The notes beneath the pieces were generated by a model, which was not told where the DNA came from, made no database searches, and worked only from the letters and a program-made list of their open reading frames with translations. 64,000 nt of DNA from positions 1,472,001 to 1,536,000 of the forward strand of contig OY970355.1 of NCBI GenBank assembly GCA_963718525.1. The letters are read 5' to 3'. The stretch is from Candidatus Dormiibacterota bacterium (GTDB lineage: Bacteria > Chloroflexota > Dormibacteria > Aeolococcales > Aeolococcaceae). Shown one piece after another: positions 57,637 to 64,000 of the stretch. How positions within the stretch are numbered: the stretch's first letter is position 1; each line of letters starts with the position of its first letter. Both the position numbers and the translations under genes were made by a program.

Positions 57637-58458
57637 ATGAGCGTGCGCCACAGGCGTGTGATGGAGGTGAGTGCCGGCGGAGCCGTCACCTGGCGGAGCG
57701 ACGATGTCAGCACGGAGGAACCGCTCGAGATCCGTGTCGGGGACGTCTCGCTCTCGGTCACCATGCGCACGCCCGGCGACGACTTCGACCTGGTTGCCGG
57801 GTTTCTGATCACCGAGGGCATCGTCCGCGACGCCGGCGAGATCGCGTCGATGCGGATGTGTCCTGACGCCGCGGCCGCGACCGGCGAACTCAATATTGTC
57901 GAAGTGCTGCTCACCGCGGCGGCAGCGGCGCGCGAGGTGACGCCGCGGGCGTTCTACATGACGTCGTCGTGCGGCATGTGCGGCAAGGCAAGCATCGACG
58001 CCGTTCGGACGACATCGGCATATGACGTGGCGAGCGATCCGCTGCGCGTGCTGCCCGCACTGCTGCTCGGCCTCCCTGCAATGCAGCGGTCCGCGCAGCG
58101 GCAGTTCTCACGCACCGGCGGCTTGCACGCTGCCGCGCTGTTCGACGGCGACGGCGCGCTGTGCTGCGTGCGCGAGGATGTCGGCCGCCACAACGCCTTC
58201 GACAAGGTGATCGGGTGGGCTGCGACGCGCGGCATGCTGCCGCTCAGCTCCCACATCATGCTCGCGTCCGGGCGCGCGAGCTTCGAGCTGACTCAGAAGG
58301 CGTTGATGGCCGGAATTCCGTTGCTGGCGGCCGTTTCCGCGCCATCGAGTCTCGCGGTCGAGCTCGCGTCCGAGTCGGGGATGACCTTGATAGGCTTTCT
58401 GCGCGGTGAGCGGATGAATGTCTACGCCGGACACGAGCGGATCATTCGCGATGAGTGA
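57637..58458 (+). CDS. fdhD: Formate dehydrogenase accessory sulfurtransferase
   Basis: EEPLEI, MRTPG.D, SSCGMCG, TGGLH, EDVGRHNA.DK. Confidence 0.93.
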   Translation: MSVRHRRVMEVSAGGAVTWRSDDVSTEEPLEIRVGDVSLSVTMRTPGDDFDLVAGFLITEGIVRDAGEIASMRMCPDAAAATGELNIVEVLLTAAAAAREVTPRAFYMTSSCGMCGKASIDAVRTTSAYDVASDPLRVLPALLLGLPAMQRSAQRQFSRTGGLHAAALFDGDGALCCVREDVGRHNAFDKVIGWAATRGMLPLSSHIMLASGRASFELTQKALMAGIPLLAAVSAPSSLAVELASESGMTLIGFLRGERMNVYAGHERIIRDE

Positions 58459-58972
58459 GGCCGCCCCAGAGCACCGCTGGGAGGCCGCCGAGATCACCGT
58501 CAGCGACAGTCGCCGGGGCATTGACGCCGACGACCGCAGCGGGGATGTGATCGTCGCGCGATTCGCGCTCCTTCCCGCCGACATCGTCGCGCGCGAGAGC
58601 GTCATCGATGACATCGACGAGATCCGCGCCGCGGCCAGGCGGTGCGCCGAGATCGCGGACATCCTCATCCTCACCGGGGGCACGGGACTCGGTCCGCGTG
58701 ACGTGACTCCTCAGGCGGTGCTTCCCCTGTTCGACTACGAGATTCCCGGGATGGCCGAGGTGATGCGCCACGACGGACTCAAATCCACGCCCCACGCGAT
58801 GCTGTCGCGTCAGGTCGCCGGTGTCACCACGAACTGCCTGGTGCTGTCGCTTCCGGGAAGCCCAACTGCGGTTGCGGAATGCCTTGATGCGGTGTGGCCG
58901 GCGCTGCCGCACGCACTTGCCCTGATCTCGGGCAACACGCGGCATCCCGATCAGTCTGGCCCTGTAGCCTGA
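58451..58972 (+). CDS. MogA/MoaB family molybdopterin adenylyltransferase
   Basis: TVSD, D.SG, TGGTG..PRDVTP, LPGS. Confidence 0.9.
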   Translation: MSEAAPEHRWEAAEITVSDSRRGIDADDRSGDVIVARFALLPADIVARESVIDDIDEIRAAARRCAEIADILILTGGTGLGPRDVTPQAVLPLFDYEIPGMAEVMRHDGLKSTPHAMLSRQVAGVTTNCLVLSLPGSPTAVAECLDAVWPALPHALALISGNTRHPDQSGPVA

Positions 58973-59463
58973 CCAGCCTCCGGGCGATCGAGCGTCCCGC
59001 TCCGGCCACCTTCCTTGTGCATCAACGTGACGTCCGTGATGGAGGCCCAATGGTCCACGGACTTGATCATGTCGATCACCGTGAGCCCCGCGACCGCAAC
59101 CGCGGTGAGCGCCTCCATCTCCACCCCGGTTGCACCCTCAACCCGTGCGGTGGCCTCGATCACCACGCCGGGTGTCTCGGAGGTGTCGAGACGCAGATCC
59201 ACGTCGACATGACGCAGGGCCAGCGGATGGCAGAGGGGAATCAGGTCGGAGGTTCGCTTGGCGCCCATGACGCCGGCGAGTCTCGCCGTGTCGAGCACGC
59301 TGCCTTTCGCGATCGTGTCGCCGGCGATGCGCTGCAACGCCTCGGCGTTGCAGTTCACGCGGCCCCGCGCGGTGGCACTGCGCCGGGTGACCGCCTTGTC
59401 GCTGATGTCGACCATGCGTGCCCGCCCTGTCTCGTCAACGTGGGTGAGGCGCCGCTCGCTCAC
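58951..59463 (-). CDS. moaC: Cyclic pyranopterin monophosphate synthase
   Basis: LTHVD..G.ARMVD, LIPLCH, TGVEMEAL, K.GG.SG. Confidence 0.95.
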   Translation of the reverse strand: MSERRLTHVDETGRARMVDISDKAVTRRSATARGRVNCNAEALQRIAGDTIAKGSVLDTARLAGVMGAKRTSDLIPLCHPLALRHVDVDLRLDTSETPGVVIEATARVEGATGVEMEALTAVAVAGLTVIDMIKSVDHWASITDVTLMHKEGGRSGTLDRPEAGQATGPD

Positions 59464-60152
59464 GAGGCCGCCTCCTCCGAGGCGCCGTGTCGTGCGTCCA
59501 CCCAGCGTGCTCCATCGTCGCGGTGCTCGCGCTTCCACACGGGCACCGTGCGCTTGATGAGTTCGAGAGCTTCCTGGCACGCGGGAAAGGCCGCGTCCCG
59601 ATGCGGCGCTGCAACCACGACCACCACGCTGGCGTCGCCGATCAGCAGCGCTCCGGTGCGATGCACGATGGTGATCGTGCTGATGCCGCCGCGCGCCACG
59701 AGCTCGTCGCCGATCCGGCGCATCTCGGCCTCGGCCATCTCGGCGTACGCCTCGTAGTCCATGCGATGCACCGCCATGCCGTCACTGTGATCGCGCACGC
59801 GTCCGATGAATGTGGCGACCGCACCGTCGCGTGAGGTCCCCGAACTGGCGATCACCGACGCGATGTCGATGGGGACGTCGGTGATCCACACTCGCACCGG
59901 CGTCGGATCGTCACTGCCGCCGGCAACCGGCGGGATGAATGCGACGGTGTCGCCGCCGCGGACCGCGGTGTCCCATTCGCAGTAGCCCAGGTTGCGCGCG
60001 GCCCGAACAGACGCGGCGTCGACCGCCGCGGCGGGATGGCGGCGCACGAGCTCATCCCATACCTCCTGCACGGTGGCTCCGTCGACGTGGACCTCGGCGA
60101 CGCCGACACGCTCTCGGAGCGGCCCGAAGACCAGGACGGTGATGTCATCCAT
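59460..60152 (-). CDS. Fused molybdopterin synthase MoaD-MoaE
   Basis: MoaD ending PPVAGG, linker, then MoaE (F.G.VR, YEAY, HR.G.L, HR, K..VP.WKRE). Confidence 0.9.
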   Translation of the reverse strand: MDDITVLVFGPLRERVGVAEVHVDGATVQEVWDELVRRHPAAAVDAASVRAARNLGYCEWDTAVRGGDTVAFIPPVAGGSDDPTPVRVWITDVPIDIASVIASSGTSRDGAVATFIGRVRDHSDGMAVHRMDYEAYAEMAEAEMRRIGDELVARGGISTITIVHRTGALLIGDASVVVVVAAPHRDAAFPACQEALELIKRTVPVWKREHRDDGARWVDARHGASEEAAS

Positions 60153-60155
60153 CGG

Positions 60156-61187
60156 TCAACCGCCGATATACGACATCTCGATGCGCTCACCATCGGCGAT
60201 GCCGAGCCCACGCAGCTCGGAATAACGGTCGTCGCGGCGCCTCCAGCGGTCGGCGATGATGCGACGCAGGGCGTGGTCGTCCGCGCCCGAACGCAGTGGC
60301 TCGCGCAGATCAATTCCCGCGGTGGCGAACAGGCACGTGTAGAGCTTGCCGTCGACCCCGAGACGAGCGCGGGTGCAGTCCCCGCAGAAGGGACGGCTCA
60401 CCGACGTGATCACCCCGAGGTCACCCTTCCCGTCGGCGAACCGATACGTCCGAGCCACGGCTGCCGGATCGGGTGACTCCTCGAGCAGCGGATACACCTT
60501 TCGCACGCGCTCGAGAATCTCCTCGCCGCTCACGACGTCCGTCACGCGCCAGCCGTTGGTGGCTCCGACATCCATGTACTCGATGCATCGGAGGCCAAGC
60601 CCCTCGCGTCGAGCGAAGTCCACGACGTCGAGCAAGCCGTCCTCGTTGACCTCCCGCTGCACGACGCAATTGAGCTTGATCGGCGCAAGGCCGGCGTCGC
60701 GTGCGGCGGCGATGCCCTCGAGCACCTCGCCGACCTCGACGCGAGAATCACTCATCGACCTGAACACGTCGGGGTCGAGTGAATCGAGGCTGACGGTGAC
60801 CCGGTGCAGGCCCGCGTCTCGAAGGCGCACCGCCCACCGGCTCAGCAATGCCCCGTTGGTGGTCAGCGCGATGTCGGGCACGCCGAGGCTGGCAACGCCC
60901 TCGACGATCTCGACGAGGTCCGGACGGAGCAGCGGTTCCCCCCCGGTCAGACGGATCTTGGTCACGCCGAGCGATACGAACACTCCCGCGAGTTGAACGA
61001 TCTCCTTGGCGTCAAGAGCGTCGGCGCGCGGCAGGAAGCGGTGTCCAGGACCGAAGCGTGCCTTGGGCATGCAGTACGGGCAACGAAAGTTGCATCGATC
61101 GGTGACCGAGATGCGGACGTCGCGGAGCATCCGGCCGAACCTGTCGGGCCCGATCGCCACGTCGGGTAACGCGGAAACCGCTGTCAT
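60156..61187 (-). CDS. moaA: GTP 3',8-cyclase
   Basis: CNFRCPYC, GGEPLLR, FCGDCTRAR, C-terminal MSYIGG. Confidence 0.96.
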   Translation of the reverse strand: MTAVSALPDVAIGPDRFGRMLRDVRISVTDRCNFRCPYCMPKARFGPGHRFLPRADALDAKEIVQLAGVFVSLGVTKIRLTGGEPLLRPDLVEIVEGVASLGVPDIALTTNGALLSRWAVRLRDAGLHRVTVSLDSLDPDVFRSMSDSRVEVGEVLEGIAAARDAGLAPIKLNCVVQREVNEDGLLDVVDFARREGLGLRCIEYMDVGATNGWRVTDVVSGEEILERVRKVYPLLEESPDPAAVARTYRFADGKGDLGVITSVSRPFCGDCTRARLGVDGKLYTCLFATAGIDLREPLRSGADDHALRRIIADRWRRRDDRYSELRGLGIADGERIEMSYIGG

Positions 61188-62416
61188 CGCAGCGGGATCG
61201 CCTCGACGATCGTACCGGCGGCGACGACCTCGAGCTCAGCGGTGAGGACCACCAGGCAATCGGCGCGGGTGAGCGAGTGCAACATCGACGACCCCTGGTC
61301 GCCGGCGCTGTGCGCGATGGGCACCTCATCGTCGGGCGAGGTGCGCAAGACCGCGCGCGAATATGTCTCGAGTCCGCTGGGCTTGGTCATCTCCTCGCCG
61401 AGACGCACCCGAATCCGCCGGCGGTGCAGCTCATGCGCGCCCTGCATCCTGCGGATGACCGGTCGAGCGAACAGCTCGAACGTCACCGAGCTGCTGACCG
61501 GGTTGCCGGGAAGGCCGATGAATATGGCATCGCGAAGTATTCCGATCAGCACGGGCTTGCCGGGGCGCATGGCGACACGCCACGTCGACATGGCTCCCAT
61601 CTCCGATGCGACCTCGCGGACCCAGTCGTGGTCGCCGACGCTGACGCCGGCACTGCTCACCACCAGGTCCGAGGAAGACGCCGTCTCGAGCAGCGATCGC
61701 ACCGACTCCTTCGAGTCGCGCGCGATGCCCAGGAAGGTTGCCTCGCCGCCTGCTTCACGCGTGGCGGCCGCGAGCATTGGCGAGTTGGAATCGATGAGCT
61801 GTGCTTGTCCGGGAGCAGTACCGGCAGGCACCAGCTCGTCGCCTGTGGCGAGCAGCGCGACGCGTGGCCGCTTTCCGACCAGGAGGCCGTCGCGGCCCAG
61901 CGCTGCGGCGACACCGATGTCGATGCTCGTCAGCGCCTGTCCGGGAAGGATCACCGTGTCGCCGGCTCGCATGTCGGCGCCGCGCGGGCGAACGCTGGTG
62001 CCCAGTGGGGCCGCAACTGCAATCAGGACCACCGCGCCCTCTCGCGACGTGTCCTCCTGGCGGACCACCGTGTCCGCGCCGGCGGGCATGGGCGCGCCCG
62101 TCATGATCCGCATCGCGGTTCCGGCGGCATGTGCCCCGGGTACTGTCCCGGCACGCGACTCGCCGACGACCGGAAGCCGGACGGGTGCGTCCACGCCGGC
62201 CGCTGAGATGTCGCTCGCGCGCACCGCGTATCCATCCATGGCCGAGTTGTCGAACCCGGGCAGCTCGAACCGCGACGAGATGGCCTCGGCGAGGATTCGT
62301 CCAAGCGCCGCGTCAAGGCTGACCGTCTCCGGTTCCAGCACGCCGACCCTGTCGAGCAGGCGCCGCTGTGCGCTGGCGACTGATTCGAGGTCGGTGGAAG
62401 CGGCGTGCGTCAACAT
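61184..62416 (-). CDS. moeA: Molybdopterin molybdenumtransferase
   Basis: SAMDGYA, TGA..P.GAD, TGDEL, SAGVSVGD.D, PGKP, LPGNP. Confidence 0.95.
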   Translation of the reverse strand: MLTHAASTDLESVASAQRRLLDRVGVLEPETVSLDAALGRILAEAISSRFELPGFDNSAMDGYAVRASDISAAGVDAPVRLPVVGESRAGTVPGAHAAGTAMRIMTGAPMPAGADTVVRQEDTSREGAVVLIAVAAPLGTSVRPRGADMRAGDTVILPGQALTSIDIGVAAALGRDGLLVGKRPRVALLATGDELVPAGTAPGQAQLIDSNSPMLAAATREAGGEATFLGIARDSKESVRSLLETASSSDLVVSSAGVSVGDHDWVREVASEMGAMSTWRVAMRPGKPVLIGILRDAIFIGLPGNPVSSSVTFELFARPVIRRMQGAHELHRRRIRVRLGEEMTKPSGLETYSRAVLRTSPDDEVPIAHSAGDQGSSMLHSLTRADCLVVLTAELEVVAAGTIVEAIPLR

Positions 62417-62613
62417 CGTGAGCGTTCTGATCCTCCACCCTCGTTTGGGATACCGACGACCATCATAGTCGCCGTTACCAGCAGGGTATTTCCAGGATCA
62501 TCGCTGCAGGGCACCGGTGGTTTCGACGCCTCCCTCGGTGGCGTACTCTGTAGTCCGTCTGGTGCCGGACACAGCCACAAGTGAAAAGTGGGCTCACATC
62601 CCGGAGGATTTGG

Positions 62614-63492
62614 ATGTTCCCTGCCGCGTTCGACTACACGGCGCCTGGGGCGCTTGACGAGGTGCTCACCCTGTTGAGCCAGCATGGTGACGACGCAAAA
62701 GTGCTCGCCGGAGGACAGAGCCTGATCCCACTGCTCAAACTACGATTTGCGACGCCTGTCATCGTGGTTGATATTGGTAGAGTGGATGGGCTCGAGGGAA
62801 TTCGCAGGGAAAACGGGCATGTGCGGATCGGCGCACGAACCCGGCATCGCGATGTTGAGAGCGCCCAGGAGTTGCGCGGGACCCTGGACGTTCTCCTCGA
62901 TGCGGCACCGTTGATCTCCGATCCGCTCATCCGCAACATGGGAACGGTCGGCGGCTCCATCTGCCACGCGGATCCGGCCGGCGACTGGGGCGCGGTGATG
63001 CTCGCTGTCGGCGCCGAGTTCGTCGTCAAGTCCGCGGGAGGGGAGCGCGTGCTCCCGTCGGCCGGATTCTTCCAGGGCCCGTTCACCACAGGGCTGCAGT
63101 CGAACGAGGTGATGACCGCGATACGCATCCCCGTCGGCGCCGGTAACTCCGGGGGAACGTATCTCAAGCTGGAGCGCAAGATCGGCGACTTTGCGAGCGT
63201 CGCCGCTGCCGTTCACGTCGTGCTCGGCGGTGATGGCCGGATCGCCAGTGCAGGCATCGGCCTGTGCGCGGTGGGTGCGCAGAGCATCAAGGCGACTGCC
63301 GCCGAGGCTGCGCTCGTCGGTCAGCAACCGACGGATGAGGTGATCGCGGAAGCGGCACGGCTGGCGGGGGAAGCCGCCGAACCGAAAGCAGATATCCGAG
63401 GGAGCGCGGAGTACAAGCGGGACGTTGCACGGGTCTTTGTGCAGCGCGGCCTGCACACCGCGATCCATCGCGCGCAGGGAGCGGCGGCATGA
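62614..63492 (+). CDS. coxM: Molybdo-hydroxylase FAD subunit (CoxM-like)
   Basis: AGGQSL, IRNMGTVGG, DP.GD; GGAGG RBS. Confidence 0.85.
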   Translation: MFPAAFDYTAPGALDEVLTLLSQHGDDAKVLAGGQSLIPLLKLRFATPVIVVDIGRVDGLEGIRRENGHVRIGARTRHRDVESAQELRGTLDVLLDAAPLISDPLIRNMGTVGGSICHADPAGDWGAVMLAVGAEFVVKSAGGERVLPSAGFFQGPFTTGLQSNEVMTAIRIPVGAGNSGGTYLKLERKIGDFASVAAAVHVVLGGDGRIASAGIGLCAVGAQSIKATAAEAALVGQQPTDEVIAEAARLAGEAAEPKADIRGSAEYKRDVARVFVQRGLHTAIHRAQGAAA

Positions 63493-63974
63493 ACGTCACG
63501 TTCGAGATCAACGGTGCTGCGAAGAGCGTTGACGTCGAGCCGCGAACGCTCGTTGTCGATCTGATTCGCACCAAGCTGGGGATGACCGGAACGCATATCG
63601 GGTGCGACACGAGCAACTGCGGTGCCTGCACGGTGCTGCTCGACGGCAGGCCGGTCAAGTCCTGCACGCTGCTCGCGCCGATGCTCGAGGGCAAGAAGGT
63701 GACCACCGTCGAAGGTCTCGCGAAGGGCGGCAAGCTCGATGCGATCCAGGTGGGTTTCCACGCGGAGCACGGACTGCAGTGCGGCTTCTGCACACCTGGA
63801 ATGATGCTCGTCGGCAAAGCGCTCATCGACGCCAACCCGCATCCAACCGAGGACGAGATCCGCTGGGGGATCAGTGGCAACATCTGCCGCTGCACCGGCT
63901 ACATGAACATCATCAAAGCGATCCAGCATGCCGCCGCAGCGAACGCAACCGAGAACACCGCAGGAGTAGCGTGA
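63489..63974 (+). CDS. coxS: Molybdo-hydroxylase 2Fe-2S subunit (CoxS-like)
   Basis: GCDTSNCGAC, QCGFCTPG, GNICRCTGY. Confidence 0.9.
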   Translation: MNVTFEINGAAKSVDVEPRTLVVDLIRTKLGMTGTHIGCDTSNCGACTVLLDGRPVKSCTLLAPMLEGKKVTTVEGLAKGGKLDAIQVGFHAEHGLQCGFCTPGMMLVGKALIDANPHPTEDEIRWGISGNICRCTGYMNIIKAIQHAAAANATENTAGVA

Positions 63975-64000
63975 TGGCAGTCGACACCGCCGAAGCCGCT
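63974..64000 (+). CDS. Probable start of the large Mo subunit (CoxL-like), truncated by the window end
   Basis: AGGAG RBS and TGATG coupling; only MAVDTAEAA is visible, so identity is inferred from gene order. Confidence 0.5.

Noticed and set aside
62417-62613. Possible Moco riboswitch between moeA and coxM
   Set aside because: No recognisable Moco RNA consensus by eye; an Rfam search would be needed.

Overview
High-GC bacterial chromosomal window. Gene content (coxMS(L), Flp pilin, Tal-Pgi fusion, actinobacterial-like LigC and citrate synthase) suggests a soil Terrabacteria lineage such as Ca. Dormibacterota, Chloroflexota or Actinomycetota; this is inference only. Core regions: amine/GABA-type catabolic cluster, aceE, DEAD-box helicase, transsulfuration genes (cbs plus cystathionine gamma-lyase/synthase), a degenerate Ser/Thr kinase, a pentose-phosphate/glycogen operon (tkt, tal-pgi, gnd, zwf, pgl, rpe, glgP), ligC, tdo-kynU, transporters, a CBS-citrate synthase, a molybdenum-cofactor cluster and the start of a coxMSL-type molybdo-hydroxylase. 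The main accessory feature is an ~11.0 kb element integrated in tRNA-Arg(ACG), bounded by a 44-bp perfect direct repeat (28585-28628 and 39610-39653). It resembles a phage satellite. It encodes a tyrosine integrase, HTH regulators, a Spo11/TopoVI-A-like Toprim protein, an AAA/RepA-type helicase with an internal iteron-like origin, RusA, a minor-head-protein/prohead-protease fusion, an HNH-like protein, a candidate cos hairpin, a TerS-like protein and a small membrane/secreted cargo operon. No recognisable major capsid, portal, large terminase, tail or lysis genes are present. Two genes (kynU and a channel protein) have +1 frameshifts in short homopolymers, which may be sequencing errors. All calls come from reading the sequence and recalled motifs; no database searches were run.
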